A stretch of DNA of 64,000 bases from Tubulanus polymorphus (GCF_964204645.1 NC_134025.1:8866001-8930000); one strand, 5' to 3'. Counted from the first letter of the stretch, positions 1 to 17,396 are shown. Numbers and translations are program-made. The notes: generated by a model not told the origin, from the sequence alone.

Positions 1-55
1 AACTTCTATAGCTGCACCAATATAGTAACAATTGCGGTATCATTGTGCATTTCAG

Positions 56-886
56 GGGCAATTCTGACTACAGTGACAAAAAATGCTAAATCAAATATAC
101 CGACTATTGTCTTTTGTAATAAGTCATCCACAGCTCACTGGATGGGACATTTCTTTGAGGATAGCGGTACTTCTCATGTTCTGCTTACAGGAGCAATGCC
201 TAATAAGGTACTTATTTGTAATGACATATTTGTTGTCATTATAATTTTTCAATTCATGAAATTTGTTATCTATCAGATGAGCATCACTTTTCCAGATCAG
301 AGATGGTAGATTTGAACAGTTTCAAAACGGAGAAACAAACCTTTTAGTTACAACTGATATAGCATCGAGAGGACTGGATACCATTAGGGTATATAGGAAA
401 TGATGAATCCACATGAATTCTTTGCTGCCTTGTTTTCACTAACTGTCATGTATTTTAGGCTCAACATGTGATCAACTACGAATTTCCGACCTTCATGTCT
501 GACTATATACACAGAGTTGGAAGACTTGGGCGACTTGGTAGCAAGTGTACAGGATTTGTGCTGAATTATATCACTTATAGGTTCGATGTTGAACTTGTCT
601 GGCAAATTGAGGTACGATCATCATTACTACTACATTCCTGCTAGTACACTTTCTCATGCGTGTCGTAGCTTTTTCGCAAGATACATGTATTCTAATTAAT
701 TTTGTCCAGATTGCGGCAAGAAAAGCGGCTGGACTACACAACGTGAATGCAAATATCAAGCGGAAACTGGTGACAAAAGCCGTGAATTCTGGTAGTGAAC
801 CTATGTTAGATTTCAATGGCTTAGATGAAGACGACGAAGATGACAGTGAAATACCTCCATATAATACACATGATATTGACAGTTAG
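56..886 (+). CDS. DDX28: 3' part of DEAD-box RNA helicase, probably mitochondrial DDX28 (exons 56-207, 296-388, 459-611, 710-886; 5' end outside window)
   Basis: GT-AG joined exons give TIVFCN (motif IV), LVTTDIASRGLD (motif V), YIHRVGRLGR (motif VI) and a C-terminal IAARK..LHNVNANIKR segment typical of DDX28; TAG at 884-886. Confidence 0.75.
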
Positions 887-2085
887 CATTTCACTTTGTA
901 ATCTACTTAAACAAAATAAAAACCAGATATTAAATGAGTTCGTCTCTCTGTTCACTTTGAGCGTCTGGAATGCAAATGACCACAAGCTATAAACTGATAC
1001 AACACATTTAAATTTTTATATCAAGCTTTATTCAATAACTTTTATTATTAATTACTAAATGATATAAATATAAGGCAAAACTTTTTGATTGTTTCTCATA
1101 CATCTCTATGTCTCACACATTTGGTCTTGCAGGATCAGTGACTTCATGAATGGAAGAATTAATACGGTTTTACACTGAAATTGGATATGAAAATTTTAAA
1201 TATGATAGAAGAAAGTACACTAAAGCCCTACTGGTTTGTATTATACTAAGTATACAATGTACAAAGGCGAAAATTCGTATCGGTTTACAAAGCTCATTCC
1301 CTAGGAGGACTGGCCTCAGTGAGAATCCTGACTCGCCCCTTCCATCATAACGTCATGGTATTTCAGATCACAGATAGTTTTGGCACATGTGACAATACTA
1401 CGAAAAATTGCCACACAAATCCATGTAGGGACTAATGTTCGGTTTCTCAAGTTTCTACAAAGTATAGATAACATTTTTGTTACACTTTATAAAGGCTTCA
1501 AATGAGGCTTACTAAAACTACTTAACTTGACATTGCATATAAAATTCATTGGGCAGATCAATCAAAAATAGAATAAGATTTCATTATCTTTACATATAAA
1601 TAACTTTAAAATAATTAAGCTGCCTTTAAAACTTTACCATATCCTACTAACTACATATATGTGTATATTAGTGTATAATTATTATATTATTCAAATATCA
1701 TTACAAAGTACATACTTACTTGCATGTATTTTCAAGTACATTTTGTATTTACATTAGTATTGATTATAAATCATTATTAACATGACAAATTCAAATCATC
1801 CTTATTTTCTCATGGTACAAAATAGAAGATATGCTGATTGTGCAATGATACCTTACCGAAAATTGATAAGAAGCACACTACATAAATGCAATAAATCATA
1901 ATACGTACATGAACTGGAAACACATTCGGTGAAAAAATGAAGTTACGAAGTACATGACATTTATTCAGACAAGCTTTCCCAACATCCTAATAATACTGAA
2001 TGATTATTATATACCCATATCCAATTGATAATCATGATAAATTTGAGCAGGCCCGTTCAAATATTATCAGACTAAATGGCCCCAT

Positions 2086-6005
<3,920 letters not shown>

Positions 6006-6304
6006 TTTGAACGGGAAATTTGGGGGAGAGTAAATTGTTTTTCATTGAACCAATTCTAGCCAATCCTTCATTGAAGTGCATCAGCTTAGTAGCTTGGTGT
6101 TCGTCAAGTGCTGCCCCCTTAAACTAACTTATCACTCGCATACCACAGTAGTTCACATGTTCACCACTACTGATATACAAAGGGGCGGCACTTGACAGTC
6201 AACTGGCAGGATTTGCAGTAAATTAAAGGGACGGCCCGCGTAAAGATAAGCGGAATCAATCTCATACTTGCTTTGATAGTTTTGCTGAAAATATTATTTT
6301 GTAA

Positions 6305-8832
6305 CTATGTCAGTGAAACCGGATCCACGGGACCTGTTTAACAAGCATAGAGGAATCAACGTTTGGATGTTTTCTTCAAAATAAGATATGTTCTAACGCA
6401 ATTTTTGGGAGGTTTCACCTACGTAATGTTGATCATGTACGTGATGCAGTGTCTATGAAACTACTGGCGTCTGTAATCAAAATGGAACAACAGAGAAAAT
6501 ATATATTTATTTCAAATAACACGATCACACAAAATAAAGTCCTATGATAAAAGAAAACCTGTCAATATTTGTCAACTTTCATTGACTGAGGGACTATAAG
6601 CCCATTTACAATACCGGTTAACCTCGCAAATTCTTCGTAATTCGTAAATGGTAGCCGTATCAATGAGCCCTTCTCTTTAAACAAAAGAAAATACGACGCG
6701 CAATTCTATCCCATCGTTCCGCCTGCTGGCAGTGATTGGCAAGCTTATTAATTACTTGCCAGTCAAGTCTGAACAATGAATGGCCGCGACCGCGGCGTTT
6801 GTTCCAATGCCAGTGGAAACAATTTTTAGCTGGTTTTTATTCGTAGTTTATACGAATTAATAGATAAATCGTTAATTCTACGAAGTATACATTAGACAAT
6901 ACGAATTAACAATAATCCGTATAATGTCTAATTCGTAGAAAAGGGATACGAATTGAGCTGGTTTATTGTATCATACAAGTTTATACAAAAACGTCCAGAA
7001 CAGTGGAACTGGATTCTGAGGTAGAAACTATTATAAATTAATGCAATTACATGGTGTGGAAAATATCACATGCCCTCGATCCATATCTCAGAAAGCCCCT
7101 TCAATTTCAATTTTCAGTAAAAATCAAAATAAGATGAAAACCCACTGTACAAATTCAAAAGAATTAAAAGACACAACGTTTTGGAGTCTCTTTAGAGACC
7201 ATTGTCAGATGTGAAGAAATAACTAAAACAGGGGGAATAGGACGAAAAAGTGAATTGAAAAAGAAGAGAGCGGGGTGTTAAGTGCTAGGCTGAAGGGTTT
7301 CGTTATTTTGTGTATAGGTTGTTCTAGTTATTTCTTCATTTACTTAAGTTTAATTTGATTTTTATCAAATTAAACGTGTCTGATCTCTTAAATTTGCATA
7401 TAGCGGGTTTTCATCATCTTTTTCTACACCCGAGTACGTTGTAATTGATACTTGTGAAGCTAACTGTGCCCCCGGGTAGGATTTTGGGAATTGATGCGGG
7501 AGTTTCAATCAGTTTAGTAACCTGCAGTTCCATACACATACACCGAGTACAGAGTATTTCATTCTCTGCAGAGTCCAGTTTCACAATCAACTACTAAATT
7601 GATTTAGGATTAAGTTAAGCTATGTTAGTGAAACCGGGTCCATAGGATCCGTTTAACAAACATAGACCAATCAATGTTTGGATTTTTCTTCAAAATAAAA
7701 TATGTTCTAACGCAATTGTTGGACCTATTGGATGTAGGTTTATCACCTATGGTTTATCATGTACGTGATGCATAGACTATGAAACTGCTGGCGTCTGTAA
7801 TCACAAATGGAACAACAGAGAAAATATATATTTATTTCAAATAACACGATCACAACAGTTCATACAAAGTAAAGACAAAAGAAAACCTGTCAATATTGGT
7901 CAACTTTCATTGACTGTGGGACTATAAAACCATTTACAAACCAGTCAACCTCGTTTAATTCGTCGACGGTTAATTCGTATAAGTTCCTAATTCGTATAAA
8001 AATGAAAGGTCCCTATGTTTTTCTTCGTTATTCCCTTTAATTTCTATCGGTTAATAAGTAATTCGTAAATCGTAGCCATATCGACGGTGCCTTTTCTTTA
8101 AAAGAAAGAAAATACGACGCGTAATTCTATCCCATTGTTCAGCCTGCTGGCAGTGATTGGCACGCTTATCAATTACTTGTCAGTCAAGTTGAACAATGAA
8201 TGGCCGTGGCCCCGGCGTTTGTTCCAATGCCAGTGAAATTTTTAGATGGTTTTTATTCGTAGTTTATATGAATTAATAGATAAATCGTTAATTCTACAAT
8301 TATTTATAGACAATGCGAATTAACAATAATCCGTATCATCTCTAATTCGAGATACGAATTAAGCTGGTTAATTGTATTATACAAGTTTATACAAACATGT
8401 CCAGAACAGTGGAACTGGATTCTGAGGTAGAAACTATTGCAACTTAATGCAATTACATGGAGTGTGTAAATATCTCATGCCCTTGATCCATCTCAAAAAG
8501 CCAATCGTTAATCTTCAATCTAAATTTTCAGTGAAAATCAATATAAGATGAAAACCCACTGTACAAATTTGAAAGAATTAAAAGACACAACGTTTTGAGT
8601 CTCTCTATTGTCAGCTGAGATGTGAAGAAATAACTAAAACAGGGGGAATAAGAATTGAAAAGTGAATTGAAAAAGAAGAGCCCAGGGGTGTTAGGTGCTT
8701 AGGTTGAGTTATTTTGTGCATAGGTTGTTCTAGTTATTTCTTCATTTACTTAAGTTTAATTTGATTCTGATTCTGATTCTTGATAAATAAATAACATGCT
8801 TAATCTTTCAAATTTGTATATAGCGGGTTTTA
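6305..8832. repeat. Tandem direct duplication of a ~1.1-1.2 kb composite repeat (copy 1 ~6305-7430, copy 2 ~7619-8832)
   Basis: Both copies start ctatgtYagtgaaaccgg and share long near-identical blocks (e.g. ccagaacagtggaactggattctgaggtagaaactatt at ~6995 and ~8401). Confidence 0.9.
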
Positions 8833-10530
8833 ATCATCTATTTCTATGCCCGAGTCGGTGCACAGGATATTCTACAGCAAAAATGATGTCACAGCATTGC
8901 GAGATGAATCAGGGGATGACTCGATTATTTTCATGGATACATGATTCGCTGTCATTGAAAACCATTACAAACAGTATGTCCGTACTGACCGGCACAATAT
9001 ACACATTTTCATTTGGCTGAAGACTGAAGTAGGTGGCAGTTCATCAATTTCAAAGTAGATGGCGTCCTGGTCTGAGTGCCTGTCAAATGACTTATTGAAT
9101 CTTCGATCAACTCTTACTTTCAAACTCTTCTATTGGACAAATTTCATTCTGCAAAAAATCATACCATGAGAACAATTAACATCGTATCTACAAAACTCTT
9201 GAAGTCAGATATTGGGGCTAAATACTATCAGAAAACCAACCATATTCAAACTTGTGTTTATTTGTTGACAATCTTTTAAGCGTTGTACCATTTTGACCAT
9301 TTTGACCATTTCCATTTCTAGCAGGATTTCACTTCCAAGAGCCATAATGTCGAAAAGTTAAGAGCAATGGGGATATACCAGTACTGAAAAAAAAGAATTT
9401 ACAAATGATTGAAACGTGAAGTTTTATACCAAGCGAGAACCAGGTTGAATCGTGTAGAGATAATTACTTGGTTTCTTTATACAAAGATAATAGCAACTTC
9501 AGCAACAACGAGCTTCTTCATTATTTGAAGGTGAATATTCTAAATTTCTCCAGCTGTAATGCGTGTCTGGTGCATCGCATTCTGGCAAGAGAGAAATTAT
9601 GCCAGAAAATAATTGGTGAAATATATATAGAAACTGCAGTGTGTTTGTGTTCGATTCACAGAAAACCCACCAGGCTTTGTGGAGTTAATCACAATCCGTT
9701 GAGTGCATATGCAGATTTTTGACCCACCATTTTGCTGACTTGAAGATAATCTTTTGAAACCGGACGAAAAAGCTTCTAAATAGCGTTTGATTTGTAGAAC
9801 GCAATGTTTACTGTTTGCATATTTGCAAAGGTTCAGCTTCATTTTGGCCCCTAAAATACAAAAGTTGTATAATCTTGACTTCATAATTTGAGCAGGAAAA
9901 AGTGATTGAAAATGCACCTTATCTGTAATTCCACGGTGTTTAATTCTAGTGCAATAATTTCAAATTCTTGACTGTTTCTAGCTCAGAAGTTAAGATTTAT
10001 CATTATAGAGTTGAACTGGATGGTTATAAAAGCCAAAGCTTTTTAACAGGAAAATACTTCATACATTTAGTCCAACGGCAAGTTTTATAGAGACTGGCAT
10101 CTGCAGAGATATTTACCAGTGCTTGTTTTGAGGATCTAAATCAATGTCCATCATTAACAAATCTTCAGTGAATTCCTAGCATTTAGTGTTGCACAGATTC
10201 TGTCAGGGGTTCCGCTCATTTCGGCTCCTAAAATACAAATGTATTAATGTTAGAAATAGTCAGTTAAGTTGTTTTGAAATCAGATCTGTTTCGGATTGAA
10301 GAATCTAGCAATATGTTTGAGGTGAAATTTGAACCACATCTTACTGTAAGTTTCAGGAGCTGTCAATTCTAGTAAACTTCATTCTGCCCAGAGAAAATTG
10401 ATAAGAAAAATAAGATACATCACAGGTATGTCTGCTACCGGTATTAGAATTGAAAATTACTTTTTTTCTTACCTTTTTTGATTATTGTAGCAAATCGTCC
10501 ACGATATTTCCCGAGATTTTGATAGGGGAT

Positions 10531-10560
<30 letters not shown>
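10531..10560. repeat. (GCA)n microsatellite
   Basis: About ten consecutive GCA units. Confidence 0.9.
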
Positions 10561-10561
<1 letters not shown>

Positions 10562-11714
10562 AGCTTTTGCGAGAATGATACATGATAACACTGTATAGAA
10601 TAATACATTGCCAGGTTATTATCAAATTAGAGCACAGTTAAGTGTTGAAAAACTCACCGACTATCGGATTAGCTTAGTACCATTTTGACCATGCAGACTA
10701 ATTCCATTTCTAGCAGGATTTCACTTCCAAGAGCGTCATAAAGTTAAGAGCACTGATGATTTCCTGTAAAAATTATAACATAGATAATCAAAGCATACAG
10801 TTGTAAAACAAGCAGGAACCATGTAGAGAAAATCACTTACATATAACACCACAAATTACTGCAATAAATCAATATAAAACTCACCACTTCTAACTTGTGT
10901 TTGAATTGTAGAATGCCATGTTTACTGTTTGCAGATTTGCAATGGTTCAGCTTCATCTTGGCTCCTTAAATACAAATGTTGTAGAGAAGCATATATTACA
11001 TGAAGTTGTTCTGAATACGAGCAGTTTCAAACTGTATCTCACCATTTTCCTCAATGTTTTTAAACTAACGGTATTTGAGGTCAGCTGTTGGGCGCTAAAA
11101 CCTCCATTGCTCTGTCCGCTGAAAATATGCATGAAAAATTACAATTTTTGGAACTAAAATTTGTATTTCCGCGTAGTACTTACCCTTTCCTATGGTTTTT
11201 GCCAATATTTTCTAAATTTGGATTGATCGCCAATGGTTTTTCTATACGACCCGGCCCTGCGGTATTGCATTTAGCCACCGGCGAAATCCGCCATCTTTTT
11301 ACGTCATAGCAGACCAAAAAAAAAAAACAGCTATGCGGGGCAGGTGGGCGGGATTCCCACCATAGGAAAGGGTAAGTACTACTCGGAAATACAAATTTTA
11401 GTTCCAAAAATTGTAATATTTCCGTCGAGTACTGTACCCTTTCCTATGGTTTTTGCTAGACTAGCCTAGCACAAGGATGGTGGGAAAGGTAGAGAGAAAA
11501 ACCACCGCTCAAACGCAAGGTAAGAGGGAAAAAGAGAGCACTTACCCAAGCATGGAATGGAGCACTGTAGCACAGCGAAGACCGGTTGGCCACAGTGAGT
11601 CCGTCCAGCTCAGGGCCCCCCCCAGAATTTTGCGAAATTAATACTTGCAGATATGAGCCCAAACTATGTACAAGGATACACCCCCTGTGATCCTGATAAT
11701 GCAACATAAATATT

Positions 11715-12900
11715 CTACACTAAAGGGTCCGATCGGAAAGAACGGACACCTTGAGCCATGACAACAGGACCAAGTGAAGCTAATGAGCCTAACTGGCCTG
11801 AAACATCCCGTAAATAAAATGACGTGAATGTCGATGGAGAATTCCAAAAGGCGGCCCGACAGACTTCCTCCAACGGAGCACCCGAAAAGGCTGCGCAGGA
11901 AGTGGACATAGACCTCACTTGATGAGAAACCACTCCCTCCGAGGAAAGATTCTCCTTCAATAAAATGTCCTTGATCAGTGAAGAGACCCATCGGGCCACT
12001 GTGTCCCGCGAAATATCACCCTTTAGGTGATCCAGCAGCGGAATAAATAACCGCTCCCGTGAACCCCTCCGTGAAGCAGAGCGATCTAAATAGAAACACA
12101 ACGCCCGCACAGGAGATAAAGTCCTGTCCGGGATGCCCGGTTCCACTCGATGTTTTAGGGCTTCAATTCGCCATTGATGCCCAACCGAGCCTGGTCGTTG
12201 GTTCTTTGCCAAAAATTCCAAAGCAGGCCGCAGCGAAACAAATTCCTTCGCTGGGCCAAAGACAATATGACCTTGTCGGACTGAAAGCGCATGAATCTCA
12301 GAGCGACGGGCCGAGCAAGCCAAGAACAGCAAAAATACAGTCTTTTTTGACAAATTTGCAAATGACGCTGCCGAAAGAGGTTCAAATGGAGCCTCCATTA
12401 ACTTCTTCAAAATTACAGACAGATCCCACGGTGGAACTGTCCTTGGTACCCGAGGCCGGGAAATAGAAAACCCTGCAACCAGCTGGGATATCCGATGATC
12501 CCCTGCTACATTTGGCCATCCAGAAGCACGCAATGTATGAGAAATCGCGGAGCGGTAACCTTTAATAGTTATGACCTGCAAACCTTTTACTACAAATAGG
12601 TGCAGTAAAAAATCTGCCAATTGAGCTACAGAGGGTGAGCATGGATCAATTTCCCCTGCAGCACACCAATCCGCAAAATGACTCCATTTGGCATCGTAAA
12701 TGGTACTTGTTGATTGCCGCTTAGATCCTGCGATAAAGGAGGCAGCCTGTTCTGAAAAGCCTGAAGCTGACAAGGATCGCTGGACAATGGCCAGGCGAGC
12801 AGATTTAACCACTGGCTGTTTGGATGATGCCGAAAGTTCCCCTGAGACAGAAGCGATGGGAAATTCGGAAGAATCCTGGGGTTGTCGCACAGTAGGTTGA
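11715..12900 (-). CDS. DIRS tyrosine recombinase (C-terminal part of the 667-aa ORF 11715..13718)
   Basis: STIYDAKWSHFADWC core-binding domain; catalytic residues in ARRSEIHAL, FLAKNQ, SHQVRSMST, AFW, FTSFY. Confidence 0.9.
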
Positions 12901-14796
12901 GAAGTGGTAGGAACCATTTCTGAGCCGGCCAACATGGTGCTACCAGAACTATGTTGCAATTGACTGATCTCTCTATTTGATCCAGTAAGCGCGGCAGGAC
13001 TGGTGTGGGCGGGAACGCATACGCATGCATCCCCGACCAGTCCAGAGAGACGGCATCGACCCCCCACGCTTCCGCGTCTGGAAACGGGGACACAAACAGA
13101 GGACACCTCCGATTGAACCGGGTGGCAAACAGATCCAGCAGCGGATTGCCAAACATGCCCCGAACCCGATCGGCTACTTCTTGGTGGAGAACCCATTCTG
13201 TCGCAATAGCCTGACCTCGACGAGACAGAGCATCGGCCATCACGTTCCTTTTCCCTGCTAAATATGCCACAGTCAGGGACACGCCCTTTGTCTGGCACCA
13301 AAGAAGAATTTTGGCCGACAGACCTGTGAGGGTTTCTCAGTGAGTGCCCCCTTGGTTCTGAAGGTAAGCCCTCACTGTTGAATTGTCCGTGGCTAACCAA
13401 ACGTGGTGGCCCTCCACCCTCCTGTGAAAGAACTTCAGGGCCTTCCACACGGCCAGCATTTCTAGGAAATTTATGTGGTTGGTGGCCTCGTAGCGAGACC
13501 ATCTCCCGGCTTTGACTCGGTTCTCCAGATGTGCCCCCCATCCTTGGTGACTGGCATCCGTGAATACACGAACTGGAGCCTCTAACGGGGCTAGTGACAC
13601 CCCGAGCCGAAGATTCGTAGTTGCCACCCACCACTGAAGATTCGGACTTAGATCGGTTGGAGGTACGGGAATCAAGGCCTCCCAGTTGCCCTTCGACTGA
13701 GACCAGAAGACCTTCCAATATTGTTGCAAGCGCCTGCTTCTGAGGCGGCCTAAGGGCACTACCAGACCCATGGAGCTGATGGAGCCTAGAAGCCGTGACC
13801 AGTAACGAGCTGTTCTCGGGGTTGTGGACACTCCCGCTACAGCTTCTTGAAGTTTGGCTACTCGAACCATAGACGGAAAGACTTTGCCGATTCGGAGATC
13901 GAAGTCCATGCCGAGATAAGTGAACTGTTGGGCCGCGTCAACTGAGATTTTTCCCTGTTTACGCGGAACCCAAGCTGATGGACTAAGTCCAAGACTGAGG
14001 TCATTGCCTCCCGACATTCCTGAGCCGAATTCGCGACTATTAACCAGTCGTCGAGGTAAACGAACAGTCGAACACCCCTTGACTGAAGTACCTTCTGAAC
14101 TGACTTGACCAACTTGGTGAAAACCCACGGGGCCGTACTGAGGCCAAATGGAAGAGACCTGAATTGGAACTGGCGGCCTTTCCACTTTATCCTGAGAAAT
14201 CGCCGAGATTTTGGGTAAATTGGAACCTGAAAGTAAGCATCTTTCAGGTCCAATGAAGCCGCCCATTGACCCGGACGGAGCCCTTGAATCACGTCCTTGG
14301 GCTTGGTCATCCGGAACCTTGGAATGTCTAGGTGCCGATTGAGGGATGACAGATCTATCACTGTCCGTTGACCCCCTGTGGCCTTTGGTACCATGAATAT
14401 TCGAGAAAACCAGCTGGGAGAAGTTTCGTTGCAAACTGGTTCTATCGCTCCCTTCTCGGCCAATTCCTTGAGAGCCGGAGAGATTAAGGCCTCCTGACCT
14501 GGTTTTGGCCGCATGTCGGGAGGTGACCTCATCAGGCGCGGTCGCCTTAGGAAACGGAGACAGTAGCCACGAGAGACGACCCGGGAGGGCCAACCGTCTC
14601 CAAAGAGGTCGGACCAGTGGGTTGCTGCCTGCTGCAGACAACCTCCCACTGGTCCCAAGAATTCATTTCGAGTTTTTCCGAAAGGAAGAGCCCCTTTTTG
14701 GAGCCTTCCCCTTGCCTCGATAGGAACCGGAACTGTTACGACCGGACGAGGCTTGACACGATTGTTGAAGTTGCGCGCTAGTTCTCCAACCGGCAT
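12626..14796 (-). pseudogene. DIRS pol: RT - RNase H - Dam-like methyltransferase domain, broken by a frameshift (~13935) and an in-frame TGA (13337-13339)
   Basis: SLDLKDAYFQVPI, LPFGLSTAP, YLDDWL (RT); FTDASHQGWGA, HINFLEMLAV, TDNSTV, NVMADALSR (RNase H); DLFAT...YAFPP...LVAPCWPAQKWF (MT). Confidence 0.9.
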
Positions 14797-16784
14797 CCGA
14801 AGCCGCCTGAGAAAGCGCTGAAGTTCGAGATGGTCCTGTTTGCGTCCGTGCCGAACCTTGCGCCGCCGGCGTCAGACCAGAACGCTTTTTCCACGGAGTT
14901 CGAGGGTTGGACTTGGCCTGAACCTCCCGAATCTTCCTCAGCTCTGCGGAAACCGGAGCGCACCAACCGGAGAAGAGACGTGAAGACGTCCCCAATGGGG
15001 CTCTCAGCAAAGCATTGGACATCATATCCGGTAGACGAGTTTTGGAACTGGAGTCCATCACTGACTGACGGGAGGCTAACACAAGATTAGCCTGACCCCG
15101 AACCGACAACGGAATTACATGCGAAACAGACCGAGCCAAAGATTGGATAATCCGGTCCATTCCCTCCAGTTTTAGGGCAACTGACTCTGGGTCGGAGCCT
15201 GCATGAACGGCGGCGTGAGTCTCGCGAAGCTCACCCGTCAACACCTTAAGTGCCATATCTTGAAACGAACCAACCCTGGTGAGGTTGTCCAGGATTGACG
15301 TCATGGCCACCAAACCGGACTTAGGCAAACGAATAACCGACTGTGCTGTAACAGTATCCAGGCTGATCAAAGTATAATCAGCATCCAGGCAGTTATGACT
15401 GTGATCCACAGCACCTAGAGTTGCGTAATACGCCGAGCGAAATGCGCCTATAGGTGGATCGGTTGAACTAAAATATTTCCCAGATTTCATACCCCGTTCT
15501 GGAGGGGGAAATGAAAATGTTCCAGGCCGACATTCACCCCATAATTGCGTATCCAATCGAGCCCATTCTCTCGAAACCGCTGACGATTCCCGTAAAACGT
15601 TAAGATCGGAGTCCGGAGGGCGATAAGCTTCCATTGACTCACCGACCAGAGGAGCTGCTGTGGGCTTAGCGCGAGTTGCCCCGTGCTTGACAAAGAACTC
15701 ACTTATCATCGCTCTAAATGGCATGTCCCCCGCTGGTTCGGATAAAACTGAACGGGACAGAGATACATTGCGAGCCAGGGAAGCCCCTATCATCTGGGGC
15801 AACCCACAATTGCTCGCGACAGGAACGACCCCAGAAGGAATTGCCGCTTCTGGGACCGGATCCTCATTGAAATCAGACCCTACCGCAGCATCCAAGAATT
15901 CAGAGTCAGAATTCCGACGAACTGAGTGGGCTGGCGAACTTCTAACCGGACAATCAGGAATAGGCTTACCTGTTGTAGAGGTTGCAGCGACTTGTTGCGA
16001 CGAAGATAACAAGTTTAAAATTTTCTCCTCAAATACATGGAAATCCTTCTGAGTCAGGTATTTTCCAGTATCCCGACGATCATGCCGACTTCGGTGACGG
16101 TCCCTCGAACGGGATCGCGACCTACTAGAAGAATCGCTTTCATCGCTAACCGACGTCGACGAACGATGAGAGGACCGACAGCGAAACTTCCGACAATAAC
16201 GATCGTAGTCCCTCTCGCAATCAAACCTTGATCTGCGAGAAGGAGATCTTGCTCGTTTATTACGCTCACGGCGTCTAAATCTAGTGGGAGAGCGAGCTCT
16301 ATCCCCGGAGCGACGATCAGAATCAGACGATGAACGTACCGGATGTTTTGAACCAGACGACGTCTGGACCAGACCGGTGCCCGAACCGGACCGATGCCCG
16401 ACCCGGACCGGACCGGTACCGGGCCGTTCGCGACTACCGAGGCGCGCGCTCGGTTACGAACATGTAGTCGAACCGGCCGAACCGGTGAACGACCAGAGAC
16501 CGGTGAATGACCGGAGACCGGTGCCAGTGAACCAGCGTTCCTCCCCGGTGAACGGAGTTGGGAAGCCGATCGTACCTGAACGACCAGCAACCGCTCCGCT
16601 TTACGATAAAAAACAGGATTAGAAACGTCGGTTGGCACGTCGACGAATCCCTGCTAACTCGACGACGATCTCTTAGTTTAAGAGCCTTATCGGCCCGAAG
16701 CCAAAGGTCCTCGGACCACACGTCACAAATCTTGCAAGGATTGCTCCTTGCACATATTTGACCGGATTTCCTGTTACAAATCAA
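14663..16784 (-). pseudogene. DIRS gag-like ORF1, fragmented by frameshifts/stop
   Basis: N-terminal C..NPC..C..W Cys cluster, Arg/Ser/Pro-rich middle, 449-aa downstream ORF overlapping pol start; position upstream of pol. Confidence 0.7.
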
Positions 16785-17396
16785 AACAATTCAATTCAAT
16801 CAAATTATATTTGTAAATAAAATTCTTACGGAAAAATAGAAACCAGGGATAACCCCCAAACCGAACGGACTCACCGTTATGAGAGTGAAAACTCCCTAAT
16901 ATCCTAATTCCCAGATTTTTACGGCGAAAAAATCCAACGCGTTCTACTGCGAGAACGCCAAGAAAAAAGATGGCGGATTTCGCCGGTGGCTAAATGCAAT
17001 ACCGCAGGGCCGGGTCGTATAGAAAAACCATTGGCGATCAATCCAAATTTAGAAAATATTGGCAAAAACCATAGGAAAGGGTACAGTACTCGACGGAAAT
17101 ACATAAGACGTCGATAATTTCAACTTCGATTTGAAATGAATGAATACTCACCTCAAACTGCTGTGACGAAAAATAAACAGATAATACTGATGATATATTT
17201 CCAAATTGCTAGTGCTGTGTGTTTCTGAAATGAAAGTAAAACAGCACAATTTGACAGAGACTCCTGAGAATTTTGTAGAGAAATTCATCATTAGCTTTGA
17301 ACTTAACTTTTAGATAGTAGATTCTATTGCGTTTTTTTCATTCTGAAAAGAAAAAAGAACAATAATCAGTAACATCTCAAGGTTTTCAATCAATCA

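Larger units (their letters stand above)
11138..17101 (-). mobile_element. DIRS1-type tyrosine-recombinase retrotransposon, near full length, mutated
   Basis: GC-rich island with gag, RT/RNase H/methyltransferase and overlapping YR frames; inverted terminal repeats (~11163-11300 vs ~16965-17102) and an internal complementary region (11359-11456) matching both termini. Confidence 0.95.

Noticed and set aside
12059-16761. Several plus-strand ORFs in the DIRS element
   Set aside because: Antisense frames of GC-rich coding DNA with no recognisable motifs
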